The notes under the pieces: generated by a model | The model's input: only the letters and a program-made list of their open reading frames with translations | Told to the model about the DNA's origin: nothing | The model's database searches: none | DNA from: Bdellovibrionales bacterium | GTDB lineage: Bacteria > Bdellovibrionota > Bdellovibrionia > Bdellovibrionales > JAUICD01 | Assembly (NCBI GenBank): GCA_965197425.1 | Contig: CBDANC010000014.1 | Location: 128,001 to 192,000 of the forward strand | Length of the DNA stretch: 64,000 nucleotides | Direction: 5' to 3' | Program-made: the position numbers and the translations under genes | In this document: in pieces, positions 1-10,382 of the stretch | How the letters are laid out: every line of letters begins with the position of its first letter | Numbering within the stretch: the first letter of the stretch is position 1

Positions 1-555
1 ACTAAAGGTAATGATGGAGAAGGTTTGGCTAAGCTTTATCGACTTCGCTACGATAAATGGAGAGATAATTATGATACTCCCGAACCACTGCTTATGGACT
101 ATGAAGATAGTTTGTTTAGAGTTAAATCAAAACTTAATAGGGTCACCGCCGCCACTTACCTAGATGGTGTTTTGGCGGTTAGAACATACCAATCTATTTA
201 CTTCTTTAACATGATTAGTAACAACCGCGTAGTTGCATCACCTTCAGTTGATGTCTCGGGTAACGCGATAATGATTGACCTAACTACTACAGATTGGGTT
301 CAAAGTAGACCCCCATGCAACATTCTGGATTTAGCTTTAGGTGCAGAGGCACTAGATATGGATCATGAAATGCTATATATATCAAGTGAGAATATGGAAG
401 ATGCAAGAAACGTTTGGAGAAGAAGGCTGGCTCGTTTGTTAGGAAATTCAGGGACTATCTTTCAACTTGAATGTAGGCAACACAACCCGAATGATACACT
501 AAGTTATCTTATGGCTTCTCTAAGATATATAGGGCCTCTTGTCATATTGCCATAA
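1..555 (+). CDS. C-terminal part of a hypothetical protein, possibly beta-propeller-like (5' truncated)
   Basis: Frame open from base 1 (TKGNDGEGLAKLYRL); AVRTY and EAL...LYISSE motifs resemble secreted propeller proteins. Confidence 0.4.
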   Translation, partial: TKGNDGEGLAKLYRLRYDKWRDNYDTPEPLLMDYEDSLFRVKSKLNRVTAATYLDGVLAVRTYQSIYFFNMISNNRVVASPSVDVSGNAIMIDLTTTDWVQSRPPCNILDLALGAEALDMDHEMLYISSENMEDARNVWRRRLARLLGNSGTIFQLECRQHNPNDTLSYLMASLRYIGPLVILP

Positions 556-608
556 CCTCGCAACAATACTTTACACACATCAGGTAAGTAAAAAAACAAC
601 ACTCCAGG

Positions 609-1613
609 TTACTTTATAGCTTCTCTAATATACGCAGAGGCTGTGTCCATAATCCAAACTGCAATTACAATCAAGATGGCTAAAGTTCCAACCTCTCTCC
701 ACAAAGCTTGGCCTTGATACTGAATTAACATAGTACCAATACCACCACCTCCTACTAAACCAATGATGGTTGCCATCCTGACATTAATATCCCACCTATA
801 TATAGTAAAAGAAATATATGGCAACACTATCTGTGGTACTACAGCGAACCATACAACTTGCATTCTAGAAGCTCCTGTGGACTGTATTCCTTCAATGGGA
901 CCATCGTTCACACACTCTATGAACTCACTGTATTGTTTTGCCAACGAAGCAACAGAATGAATCATCAATGCCATCATTCCTGCAAAAGGCCCGATACCAA
1001 CCCAGACGGTAAAAATAATAGCCCAAATTAAAGGTTCAATAGATCTTACTATGTTTAACAATGCTCTCAACAAAATGTATACTACAAATCCAATCGGACC
1101 AGTGGCCATGATGTTTTTTGCACAAACAAAGCTTAGCATAAAGGCCATAGGTACAGCAATTATAGTTGCCATAAATGCTATTGCTATGGTCTCAAAAATA
1201 GAGTTTACGCCCTCTGGTAAAACCGAAAACTCAGGGTTAAATAAACTCTTTAAAATTTTAACTGCACCACTTAAACCATCAGGATCCGTCAGCTCATATA
1301 TACTAAAATTGGTTACTTTGATCCCAATAATAAAAGTTACTGAGAACAAAACAAACAATTGAGCCCCATAGAAGGTCATATACCAAGGAATAGCGGCAAA
1401 CCTGGCTTTCTTATAGGGTGGATCAAATATATACCTACCCAAAGATTTTATTTTAATTTTTGAAAGCAAAACACTGACACAAAACCCCAAAGCCAAACAC
1501 ACCACTGCTAAGGTGACATTTGTACTAAAGTTCTCACTTGAAACTCCACCGACATATAGGCTTACTAAAATTAGATAACCTAAGGTGATGGAATCAAATA
1601 GCCTAGCTTTCAA
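609..1613 (-). CDS. phnE: phosphonate ABC transporter permease
   Basis: RWDINVRMATIIGLVGGGGIG motif; follows phnC. Confidence 0.9.
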   Translation of the reverse strand: MKARLFDSITLGYLILVSLYVGGVSSENFSTNVTLAVVCLALGFCVSVLLSKIKIKSLGRYIFDPPYKKARFAAIPWYMTFYGAQLFVLFSVTFIIGIKVTNFSIYELTDPDGLSGAVKILKSLFNPEFSVLPEGVNSIFETIAIAFMATIIAVPMAFMLSFVCAKNIMATGPIGFVVYILLRALLNIVRSIEPLIWAIIFTVWVGIGPFAGMMALMIHSVASLAKQYSEFIECVNDGPIEGIQSTGASRMQVVWFAVVPQIVLPYISFTIYRWDINVRMATIIGLVGGGGIGTMLIQYQGQALWREVGTLAILIVIAVWIMDTASAYIREAIK

Positions 1614-2377
1614 TTAACATGCACCTCTTTTGAATTTTCGCCATATATTTTCTTAAACCAACTTTCATCGATTTCACTTGGATGACCATTATAAACAATG
1701 CTACCTGCATTTAATGCTATAACTCTGGTAGCATATTTTCTTACAAGACTTAAAAAATGTAAGTTGCATATAATGGTTATACCCAGCTCTCTGTTTACTT
1801 TTTCTAGATAATCCATAACAACGTGGCAGGTTGCAGGATCGAGGCTTGCCACAGGTTCATCTGCTAACAAGATTTCAGGGCTTTGCATAAGTGCTCTTGC
1901 TATTGCAACTCTTTGCTGTTGTCCACCTGAAAGTTGATCAACCCTAATATGAGCTTTTTCGTTTATACCAACCAACTGTAAATACTCCAGTGCGTCTTTT
2001 TTAGTTTGTAGTGGAAAAAGCCCCAAAATACTTTTTATACTATCAGTTACTGCCAATCTTCCCATAAGAACATTGCTAATTACAGTATGCCTATCTATTA
2101 AATTAAAGTGCTGAAAAATCATGGCCATTTTTGTTCTGATTTTTTTAACTGATCTAGAATCTAAATGTGTTATGTCTTCATTTTTAAAGACAATTTTTCC
2201 ACCGGTAGGCTCTTGTAAGTGGTTAAGACATTTAAGTAAGGTAGATTTACCAGAACCACTAAGGCCAATTATCACCAGAAACTCACCTTTCTTTACGTCA
2301 AAGCTAACTTTCTTTAAAGCCTCTACTCCGTTAGGGTAAGTCTTCTTCAATCCCTCTACGGACAGTATAGGTTCCAT
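1610..2377 (-). CDS. phnC: phosphonate ABC transporter ATP-binding protein
   Basis: GLSGSGKS, LSGGQQQRVAIARAL, LADEPVASLDP. Confidence 0.92.
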   Translation of the reverse strand: MEPILSVEGLKKTYPNGVEALKKVSFDVKKGEFLVIIGLSGSGKSTLLKCLNHLQEPTGGKIVFKNEDITHLDSRSVKKIRTKMAMIFQHFNLIDRHTVISNVLMGRLAVTDSIKSILGLFPLQTKKDALEYLQLVGINEKAHIRVDQLSGGQQQRVAIARALMQSPEILLADEPVASLDPATCHVVMDYLEKVNRELGITIICNLHFLSLVRKYATRVIALNAGSIVYNGHPSEIDESWFKKIYGENSKEVHVN

Positions 2378-2387
2378 GTACTTTTCC

Positions 2388-3347
2388 TTAGTCTTTTTTA
2401 ACTAGTTCAAAGGCACTTGCTCCAAGTTCTTTGAGCATGTCTCTTACAGGATCGTAGCTAGCATCGGTACTCTTTATAAAGTCATCTCCACCATAGAGAT
2501 CTTTAAACACAGATTTACCCTCTTCAGTTTTCACATAATTTAAAAGTGAATCCACAATTTTGGTTTTCATTTCATCAGGCATAGCCGCTCTAAATATCAC
2601 AGGATCATTTGGAATAGAACTTGTCAGTTCAACTATTTTAACTTCTTCCTCTATTTTTGGATATTGAGTAAGCACAAGCCTTCTGGCATCGTTTATTTTA
2701 TCTCCTACCGGCGGAGAGTAAAATGTTGCTCCAGCATCTACTTGCTTTTGGTAAACCATGGTGATCACATTGTCATGTTTTCTTGCAAAGACAGTCTCTT
2801 CGGGTACTATTTTCTTTTCCTTAAACAGCTTTGCAGGCAAGAGATAACCCGAGGTTGAAGCAGGATCAACATAGGCAAATTTTTTACCATTAATATCTTC
2901 TAGTTTATTTATATCACTATCGGCTCTAGCTACTATTTGAGCCTTATAATCTGTTTTTCCGTGCCTGGTTAAAGTCATCATAGCATTCACACCATATTTT
3001 TCGTGAGCCATTATATAACCAAAAGTATTTATAACAGCCACATCCACACGCTTGGTTCCAAAAGCCTCAACCACAGCAACATAACTAGAAGGAACAGCAA
3101 ATTTATACTTATAAGGAGTGTTACTTTCTAAAAACGCTTTCACCTCTCCAGTTCGACTTGCTATGAGTTTTGCATCAACCGAGGGCAAAAACATAAACTT
3201 TATCGGATTATCATCACTGCCCAATGGGGCTCTCTTTCTGGTACAAGATAAGGAAAGAACAGAAGATATTAACAATAAACAGAGTGAAAAACGACGAACA
3301 AAAGCTGGAAACATACACAGCACCTCAACCGACCTAAGACCTAGCAT
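2388..3347 (-). CDS. phnD: phosphate/phosphonate ABC transporter substrate-binding lipoprotein
   Basis: DPASTSGYLLP, IPNDP motifs; lipobox LSLSC; start may be internal. Confidence 0.88.
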   Translation of the reverse strand: MLGLRSVEVLCMFPAFVRRFSLCLLLISSVLSLSCTRKRAPLGSDDNPIKFMFLPSVDAKLIASRTGEVKAFLESNTPYKYKFAVPSSYVAVVEAFGTKRVDVAVINTFGYIMAHEKYGVNAMMTLTRHGKTDYKAQIVARADSDINKLEDINGKKFAYVDPASTSGYLLPAKLFKEKKIVPEETVFARKHDNVITMVYQKQVDAGATFYSPPVGDKINDARRLVLTQYPKIEEEVKIVELTSSIPNDPVIFRAAMPDEMKTKIVDSLLNYVKTEEGKSVFKDLYGGDDFIKSTDASYDPVRDMLKELGASAFELVKKD

Positions 3348-3384
3348 AAGCCTTTATTTATTGCAAAAAGAAATTATGCGTAAA

Positions 3385-4098
3385 TTAGTGGCAAAATGAT
3401 TTAATTCTAGGGGTATTAATACCTGGCTCTGGTTTTCTTCCGGAATGGACACTGTCAAAGAATACCATTTGTACATGTGGGGCATCGGCTTTTACAAGGT
3501 GAATATTTTCAGGCTCATTTTCAAAAAACCATATTGTGTCATAGTCAGGATCTGTGCTAGTAACTATGTCCCTTTTAAACTCCGAGTCGTTGATTTCTTT
3601 ATTTGGTTTCATAACTAGTTTTTCTAGGGGGTTTAACAAGAATCTCTCTTTTTTTAATCTAGCTTCTGTCCCCTCTTTCATTCTTATTTCATCTCTTCCG
3701 GTTAAGTACATCACTTCTATGTTGTGGTTTAGCAGACTGCTGATAAACTCATATGCACCTGAGGTTAAGGTGTCATAGTCCAGATAGTCGTTACTAAAAA
3801 AATGTTGCTTCCAAAATAAAATAAGTTCTGTTTTAAGTTGTACAGATTCTATTCCTATTGCATCCAGAGTATCTTTTATGTGAAAAATCACAGGTAGCCC
3901 TTCAAGATCTGATATTTTTCTAAAATCTTCAGGGTAGGTATCTTTGTTCTCAAAATTTTTAGCAAAGTCTTTGATTATTTGAAATGTTCTAGGTGTTACA
4001 TCAAACAAGGTGGAATCTAAGTCAAATATAGCGAGACCCTTTTTTGACTTACTTGCTTTTTCTATTATTTGTAACAGTTCTTGTCTTTCAGGATTCAT
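3385..4098 (-). CDS. HAD-superfamily hydrolase
   Basis: FDLDSTL motif I, YLTGR motif II. Confidence 0.75.
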   Translation of the reverse strand: MNPERQELLQIIEKASKSKKGLAIFDLDSTLFDVTPRTFQIIKDFAKNFENKDTYPEDFRKISDLEGLPVIFHIKDTLDAIGIESVQLKTELILFWKQHFFSNDYLDYDTLTSGAYEFISSLLNHNIEVMYLTGRDEIRMKEGTEARLKKERFLLNPLEKLVMKPNKEINDSEFKRDIVTSTDPDYDTIWFFENEPENIHLVKADAPHVQMVFFDSVHSGRKPEPGINTPRIKSFCH

Positions 4099-4118
4099 AT
4101 GGATCTAGATATTAAAGC

Positions 4119-4898
4119 CTACTTATCAGGAGTCAATCCCTCACCTTTTGTAATGAGGTTTTTTAGCCATTCAAGTAAACTTTCATACCAAGGTGGTACA
4201 TGTGTTCTTGGCTCAGCTCCACTTTTTATCAAAAATTTGATATATTTGTGCATGGAGCTTTTGCTTTCTTTGTCATGAAAAAATCTGACTCCATGTTTTC
4301 CGTCATAGTTATGTACTATGTCAAAGTTTACATTAAATTCAAATTCGCCATCTTTGAAATGTAAGACTAATGTTTCAAAGCTATCCAACTTTTTCTGTTT
4401 TGAATCTAGCCTAGCCCCTGTTAGGGATATATTCTCTATTACACAATCTATGATAGTGTCCGTGTCAGCTTTGATCTGTGCTTTGGTTTTTACTTTGTAT
4501 CTTTGTTTTTGCTCCCACCACCTGATATTTTTATCATAGTAAACTCTAGATACTGAAGGAACAAAGAAGTAAGACACAAAACCTACATTTATAAGGCTTA
4601 ATATAAGAAAAATATTAAAGCTTGCATCAGTAGGGTGCGCATTGTGTTCTATAATATTACACGCTACAACTATTATTATAGCAGATATGAACACATAGTA
4701 ACTCCACCTTTTAGTAATATAAATGGCAGCACCTGCGATGGGCAGTAAAACAAACCTAGCAATAACCACATAATAAGTACCTTTATACTCGCCCATGGTC
4801 AGGCCAAACATATAAGCCGAAAGCAGATGATAAAAAATAGGAATTATCAACGCATGGATAAATGCCATTATAACTATTGGCCACGGTCTTCTAACCAT
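4119..4898 (-). CDS. membrane protein with C-terminal PilZ domain
   Basis: Four hydrophobic segments, then QRY...NISLTGA...GVRF. Confidence 0.7.
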   Translation of the reverse strand: MVRRPWPIVIMAFIHALIIPIFYHLLSAYMFGLTMGEYKGTYYVVIARFVLLPIAGAAIYITKRWSYYVFISAIIIVVACNIIEHNAHPTDASFNIFLILSLINVGFVSYFFVPSVSRVYYDKNIRWWEQKQRYKVKTKAQIKADTDTIIDCVIENISLTGARLDSKQKKLDSFETLVLHFKDGEFEFNVNFDIVHNYDGKHGVRFFHDKESKSSMHKYIKFLIKSGAEPRTHVPPWYESLLEWLKNLITKGEGLTPDK

Positions 4899-5157
4899 TT
4901 AAATATTCCCGCTATTTGTTTAACTATTCGACATACATTCCATCATGCTTACTAAATAGTACTCCCATAACACTACCCATACATCGCACACTAGCAGTTA
5001 CAACTAGCCTTAGGGTAGGATACAAATTAATCCGCACCAATACAAGCTAAATGTTGGTTATAAGGTATCAAGATGGTAGGGTCCTGAGTGGTGTTGGGAC
5101 ACTGGCTATGAAGATGAAGAAAAAGAAGGGTTTCTCTGATTTTTGAATCAGGGAAAT

Positions 5158-5250
5158 TACACCAAGACGACATAGATGCTTTTAATGAACTATACAACAT
5201 AGAAGGAGACTAACCATAAAAATCAAGATTATAAATACATAACCTAAAAA
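5158..5250 (+). pseudogene. 3' remnant of a third metallopeptidase paralog
   Basis: caccaagacgacatagatgcttttaatgaa...taa plus downstream tacataacctaaaaac match the end and 3' flank of 6436..7410. Confidence 0.7.
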
Positions 5251-5418
5251 CCAAAACACATTCTAACATTAAAGCTATTAAATTATAGGCACCCATCACA
5301 AGTGCTAATGACTAATATATAGACATATTCATAATACACACGCACCAATGTAAGTAGCATGTACAAACATGAGTTGTTTTTTTATAAATGTGTGTATTAA
5401 ATAACATATAAAAGCAAC

Positions 5419-6402
5419 ATGAAAACTATAAAAGCAAATACCATTTTATTGGCACTAACCACACTCTCTGTTGTGAGTATATCTTGCACATATATAAAAC
5501 ATATTGCTAGTTCAGATAGAGGTGTTACTTCGTACAAAGCATCAGGGTTGTCCAATGAACAGTTGGAAGGAAGCTCTATTGAAAGTGCACCTGGGGTAAT
5601 AAAAAATTGGTTAGGTGATTCAGTTTCAGATTTGGCTAATGAAAATGTAACCTGGAGTTTTCAAAGAAGCGGGCAAGATGACATTGTTATAGATGTTGAA
5701 GTTACAGACTCTGAAGCAACTAAAGGCAATACAGGCACACAAGACAATAATGACAGGCCCGATTATGTGTATAGGCCTCTACACATGCATATAGATGATA
5801 GCATTCGGGAACATAGGCTTGGGAACTATTTTGTAAATATGATACATAGATCTGCTGAAATTTGGGAAAAAAATATTGGCAAAAGACTATTTAGAATACG
5901 AAACTATAGCGGACACACACTCGAAGGAGATCTCGCAAAACATGATGGAATATCAAACATTTATTATGAGTACTTAGAAAAAGAAGAATATAGAGTCAGG
6001 CTTGGACACGTGACTAATAAAAGAATCGATACAGATATAAAATCATTGATTTTTAATTTTAAGAAAAACAAAAGAATTATTGAAGCTGATATAGTGATGA
6101 ATGGAAATAAACTTGAAGCAAACCCATTATGTTTGCAGGCAATCAGACTAACCGATGTAAATTACCTGTACTTTCTTAGTAAGGAAGACAAGTGTACAGT
6201 TGCTTACTTTATGGCAGTAATGGCACATGAACTAGGGCATGTCCTGCTGCTTGGGCATATCACAAATATTCACAGTGCTATGATGAGCCCTCAACGTGCA
6301 TCAGAGTTGCTTCATCGTATTAAGAGTTTTTTTGATAAAGAACTACTGCACCAATGCGATATAGATGCTTTTAATGAATTCTACAACGTAGAAGAAGACT
6401 AA
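5419..6402 (+). CDS. metzincin (matrixin-like) zinc metallopeptidase lipoprotein, copy 1
   Basis: Lipobox-like VSISC; HELGHVLLLGH; Met-turn SAMM. Confidence 0.8.
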   Translation: MKTIKANTILLALTTLSVVSISCTYIKHIASSDRGVTSYKASGLSNEQLEGSSIESAPGVIKNWLGDSVSDLANENVTWSFQRSGQDDIVIDVEVTDSEATKGNTGTQDNNDRPDYVYRPLHMHIDDSIREHRLGNYFVNMIHRSAEIWEKNIGKRLFRIRNYSGHTLEGDLAKHDGISNIYYEYLEKEEYRVRLGHVTNKRIDTDIKSLIFNFKKNKRIIEADIVMNGNKLEANPLCLQAIRLTDVNYLYFLSKEDKCTVAYFMAVMAHELGHVLLLGHITNIHSAMMSPQRASELLHRIKSFFDKELLHQCDIDAFNEFYNVEED

Positions 6403-6435
6403 ATATAAAAAAATATATCATCTAAACAAAGCAAC

Positions 6436-7410
6436 ATGAAAACTATAAGAACAAATACTATTTTATTAACACTAACCACACTCTCTGTTGTGAGTATATC
6501 TTGTACATACATAAAACACATTGCTAATTCAAATAGAGGTGTTGCTTCGTACAAAGTATTAGGGTTATCCAATGAGCAGTTGGAGGGAAGTTCTATTGAG
6601 AATGCACCTGAGATAATAAAAAATTGGTTAAGTAATTCAATGTCAAATCTAGCTAATGAAAATATAGCTTGGAGTTTACGAAGGAGTGGAGAAGATAATA
6701 TTGTTATAGATGTTGAAGTTACAGATTTTGAAAAAACTAAAGACAGTACAGATACACAAGGCAACGAAGATGAGTCCGATTATGTGTACAGGCCCCTATC
6801 CATGTTTATACACAGAAGCATTCGTCAACACAGGTTGGGAAACTACTTTGTAAATATGATATACAAATCTGCAAATCTTTGGGAAAAAAATACTGGGAGA
6901 AAGCTATTTGAAATATATAACATAGAACACCCAGACATTAACACCTCTCGTTCAAAGAAGGATGGTACATCAAGCATTTACTACAAATATCCAGAAGAAG
7001 AAAGTAAGGAATATGCAAAATCTTTTTGGAGATCTAGGATAGATATAAAATCGTTGGTTTTTAATTTTAAAATCAATAAAAGAGTTATTGAAGCTGATAT
7101 AATGCTGAATGGAAACTTGCTTGAAGAACACCCAGGGTGTATAGGTGAAATTAGATCAACAGATTTAAGTTACCTTTATCCTCTTAGTAAAGAAGACAGA
7201 TGTACAATTGCCTACTTTATGGGAATAATGACACACGAATTAGGACACATCTTACTCCTTGATCATATTATAAATGCTAACAGCGCCATGGCGGATCCTA
7301 TATATGCACTAGATTTGCTTAATCGTATCAAGGATTTTTTTGATAAGAAACTACTACACCAAGACGACATAGATGCTTTTAATGAAAAACACAACATAGA
7401 AGAAGATTAA
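6436..7410 (+). CDS. metzincin (matrixin-like) zinc metallopeptidase lipoprotein, copy 2
   Basis: Paralog of copy 1; HELGHILLLDH; SAM. Confidence 0.8.
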   Translation: MKTIRTNTILLTLTTLSVVSISCTYIKHIANSNRGVASYKVLGLSNEQLEGSSIENAPEIIKNWLSNSMSNLANENIAWSLRRSGEDNIVIDVEVTDFEKTKDSTDTQGNEDESDYVYRPLSMFIHRSIRQHRLGNYFVNMIYKSANLWEKNTGRKLFEIYNIEHPDINTSRSKKDGTSSIYYKYPEEESKEYAKSFWRSRIDIKSLVFNFKINKRVIEADIMLNGNLLEEHPGCIGEIRSTDLSYLYPLSKEDRCTIAYFMGIMTHELGHILLLDHIINANSAMADPIYALDLLNRIKDFFDKKLLHQDDIDAFNEKHNIEED

Positions 7411-7787
7411 ACATAAAAATTAAATCAAATGAATACATAACCTAAAAACTAGCACATGCTCTGGCTGATAAAATTTTTTATAAAGACACGACAAATTAAT
7501 AAAGCATAGAAATATTTTTTGTTTCTATTACTGTGCCTAAAGGCAAGTTACTTTCTCCAAGGTGTCAAAAAAATATCCCGACCTGTGCCAAAGGTGAGGA
7601 TTATTTTGATACAAATTGGACCTGCCGTTTAGTCATAAAGTTTATTTTTATCGACATAGAACATCAAATCTGTGGCAAAATATATATAACAAAAGGGACC
7701 CAAATATATAAGAAGCTATATATAAGAGGTAACTTATTTAAGATTTAATATTGTAGGATGACAAGAATTTTGTAAGGCGAAATAAAA

Positions 7788-8162
7788 ATGAATGTGAAGG
7801 ATGCAAACGATCTATTATCATTAGTGAAACAAAGAAATGATCTGTTTCTACAGTTTAGAAACATTAATGATAAAGAGTTAGAGCAAGTTAGGGGTGGAAA
7901 TTTTTCAAACCTAAAGCAGTTTTACGATAAAAGATCTAGTCTACTTACTAGCGTTAGCAAGTTAGACTCAATTATCAGAGCTTTTTCGAAAAAACAATCC
8001 AAACCAAAACCTGTACAAAAACATGTACGATCAGAATTAATCACTGCTTTAGATAAAAAAGAAGGTCTCATAAAAGAAATTTTAGAACAAGATCTAGAGA
8101 TTATTCACCTGGTAGATGAACACCAATTTAACCTATCTAAAAAGGAAGAAAAAGTCGCCTAA
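7788..8162 (+). CDS. helical protein, possibly FlgN/FliT-like flagellar chaperone
   Basis: 124 aa coiled-coil pattern; family call weak. Confidence 0.4.
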   Translation: MNVKDANDLLSLVKQRNDLFLQFRNINDKELEQVRGGNFSNLKQFYDKRSSLLTSVSKLDSIIRAFSKKQSKPKPVQKHVRSELITALDKKEGLIKEILEQDLEIIHLVDEHQFNLSKKEEKVA

Positions 8163-8343
8163 AGGTCTTCCGAACGAGGCAAATAAGGGAAGCTTTGCTT
8201 TTTGCCGAGTGGTTGCCCAGCTCTAGACACGATGCTGATCCCAATGCTAAAGGTCTTCCCCAACACTGATTGAACATGGCAACAAGTTGGCTCTGCCAAC
8301 TTTTGCCAGGTGAATTACGTTACAACCCCAGCTACTACATGTC
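8161..8343. repeat. dispersed modular hairpin repeat, locus A (2 modules)
   Basis: AAAGGTCTTCC at 8161 and 8249, hairpins, GGTTGCCCAGCTCT; lacks the TCATCAAACTCAT end. Confidence 0.85.
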
Positions 8344-8411
8344 CTCACTGAAACTAACAAATGGACTGGCGTAACTAAAACTAGAAAAGTCCCCAGAATA
8401 AACAATAGTGA

Positions 8412-8501
8412 TGGCGGAGGGAGAGGGATTCGAACCCTCGAAACGGTTGCCCGTTTGCCAGTTTTCAAGACTGGTGCTTTCAACCACTCAGCCATCCCTC
8501 C
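8412..8501 (-). tRNA. tRNA-Ser(TGA)
   Basis: GGAGGGATGGCTGAGTGG; anticodon arm CCAGT-CTTGAAA-ACTGG; long variable arm; GTTCGAATC; encoded CCA. Confidence 0.96.
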
Positions 8502-8541
8502 GCCACAAAATCTAGTTTGGTAAATGAAATTTTTCAAGTAT

Positions 8542-8711
8542 AAAGGTCCATTAGCGAAGCTAAATACATGGGTTGGCGTAACGATTGCACGAAGTGCAAG
8601 TGAAGCCAGAACATGTTTTAGCTGAGCGATTGTTTCTACCAAGGTCTTCCAAGTGAAGGCAAAAATAAGTGGACTTGTTCACTTTTTTTGCCAAACTGGT
8701 TGCCCAGCTCT
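8542..8711. repeat. dispersed modular hairpin repeat, locus B
   Basis: GA-flanked hairpin at about 8554-8628, then AAGGTCTTCC (8641), hairpin, GGTTGCCCAGCTCT. Confidence 0.8.
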
Positions 8712-8768
8712 GTAAGGTTTAATACGACAAGAGTCACTCAAAGGTCCATTAGCAAGGTTAGGAGATGG

Positions 8769-10040
8769 TTAGCTTTTTGAGATAGTCTCTCTACCACCCA
8801 TGTAAGGTCTCAATGCACCTGGTATCAATACAGTACCATCTTCCCTTTGATAATTTTCTAAAATAGCCATTAAAGTTCTGCCAACAGCAAGTCCACTTCC
8901 GTTTAAAGTATGAACAAACTCAGGCTTACTAGTACCTCTTCTAAACCTAATTCCCGCTCTTCTAGATTGAAAATCCAAGCAATTAGAAACAGAAGATATT
9001 TCTCTATACCTACCCTCACTAGGTATCCAAACCTCAATATCATATGTCTTTGAAGCTGCAAAACCAATATCTCCAGAGCACAGAGTAACTACACGAAAGG
9101 GCAATTTAAGTTTTTTTAAAATAACTTCAGCATGAGAAGTCATCAACTCCAAATCACCAAAACTATCCTCTGGCAAACTTAGCTTAACCAACTCAACTTT
9201 ATGAAATTGATGCTGCCTAATAAGACCCTTTGTATCCTTACCATAACTACCAGCCTCAGATCTGAAGCAAGGAGTGAATGCCACAAAAGACATAGGCAAA
9301 TCATCACAAGATAAAATCTTACCAGAATGATAATTGGTAACAGGAACTTCAGCAGTGGGAATTAAATAATAATCTGTATCCTTCAAATGGAATACATCTT
9401 CGACAAACTTAGGAAATTGCCCAGTACCATAAAGTGCTTCACTGTTTACTATGTAAGGGGGGATGGTCTCTAAATAACCATGTTCCTCTGTCTGTATATC
9501 CAACATAAAATTATAAATAGCTCTCTCCAATCTAGCACCTAAGCCATGCAAAGTAACAAACCTAGAACCAGATACTCTAGCAGCCATCTCAAAATCTATA
9601 ATACCAAGCTCTTTTCCCAAAGAAGCATGATCTTTTGGTTTAAACCCCAAATCTTTAATTTCAAAAACCTCTCTCTCTACTCTATTATCATCCTCAGTCC
9701 TGCCTTTTGGAACTGACGAATGACATATATTAGGAAGTGAAGATAACCCCAGGTTAAATCGAGACTCAACTTTAGAAAGCTGCTCTTCAATACCCTTTAT
9801 CTCAGAAGACAACTTCCTCATTGCTACAATGTCAGACGAAGCATCCTCTTTACCTTTTTTCTTTAGAGCAATTTTTTGACTAACCTGATTTCTAAGAGCT
9901 TTTTTTGTCTCTACTTCTAACAGTATCTCCTTTCTCTTATTACATAGAGCCTTGATTGAATCTAATGAACTTACATCCCAACCCCTGTTTTGCAAACAAT
10001 CTCTATATTCCTCACTTAAAACAACATCTGTACTTAACAT
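8769..10040 (-). CDS. serS: seryl-tRNA synthetase
   Basis: LIPTAEVP, CFRSEAGSYG, RQHQFHKVE, HTLNGSGLAVGR. Confidence 0.97.
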   Translation of the reverse strand: MLSTDVVLSEEYRDCLQNRGWDVSSLDSIKALCNKRKEILLEVETKKALRNQVSQKIALKKKGKEDASSDIVAMRKLSSEIKGIEEQLSKVESRFNLGLSSLPNICHSSVPKGRTEDDNRVEREVFEIKDLGFKPKDHASLGKELGIIDFEMAARVSGSRFVTLHGLGARLERAIYNFMLDIQTEEHGYLETIPPYIVNSEALYGTGQFPKFVEDVFHLKDTDYYLIPTAEVPVTNYHSGKILSCDDLPMSFVAFTPCFRSEAGSYGKDTKGLIRQHQFHKVELVKLSLPEDSFGDLELMTSHAEVILKKLKLPFRVVTLCSGDIGFAASKTYDIEVWIPSEGRYREISSVSNCLDFQSRRAGIRFRRGTSKPEFVHTLNGSGLAVGRTLMAILENYQREDGTVLIPGALRPYMGGRETISKS

Positions 10041-10089
10041 TTTTATATCCTAATATATGCTTAATACCCCAACACAGCTTCAATATCTA

Positions 10090-10374
10090 TCAACCAGGAG
10101 CAACATCAATATAGAGTTTGATCAGATAACCTACTATGACAAAACTCAAGTTAAAACAAGCCAACAATATAAAACCCCAATTTTTGGAAATTTTAATAAA
10201 AGACAATAAAACAACAACCAATAAAAAACAAAATACCAATGTATTATAACCAATGAAATTTTGACCAATTATAGAAAAAGTAAGACCAATAAACAATCCG
10301 GTAGCAATTCTAAACAATATTAGTGTAATTCCAAGTACCATTTTTGAATTTCCAAGATGTTTTCTGATAACCAA
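10090..10374 (-). CDS. small membrane protein
   Basis: Three hydrophobic segments, co-oriented with neighbours. Confidence 0.6.
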   Translation of the reverse strand: MVIRKHLGNSKMVLGITLILFRIATGLFIGLTFSIIGQNFIGYNTLVFCFLLVVVLLSFIKISKNWGFILLACFNLSFVIVGYLIKLYIDVAPG

Positions 10375-10382
10375 CCTAGCCC

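Noticed and set aside
8440..8495. Repeat motifs GGTTGCCC / GCCGAGTGGTT resembling tRNA-Ser arms
   Set aside because: Matches are short and on inconsistent strands; likely chance
8247..8642. 131-aa ORF
   Set aside because: Overlaps tRNA-Ser and repeat modules
10041..10060. Possible serS frameshift (in-frame DIK upstream of the ATG, preceded by TAG)
   Set aside because: The ATG has a plausible AGGA SD and the protein is full length
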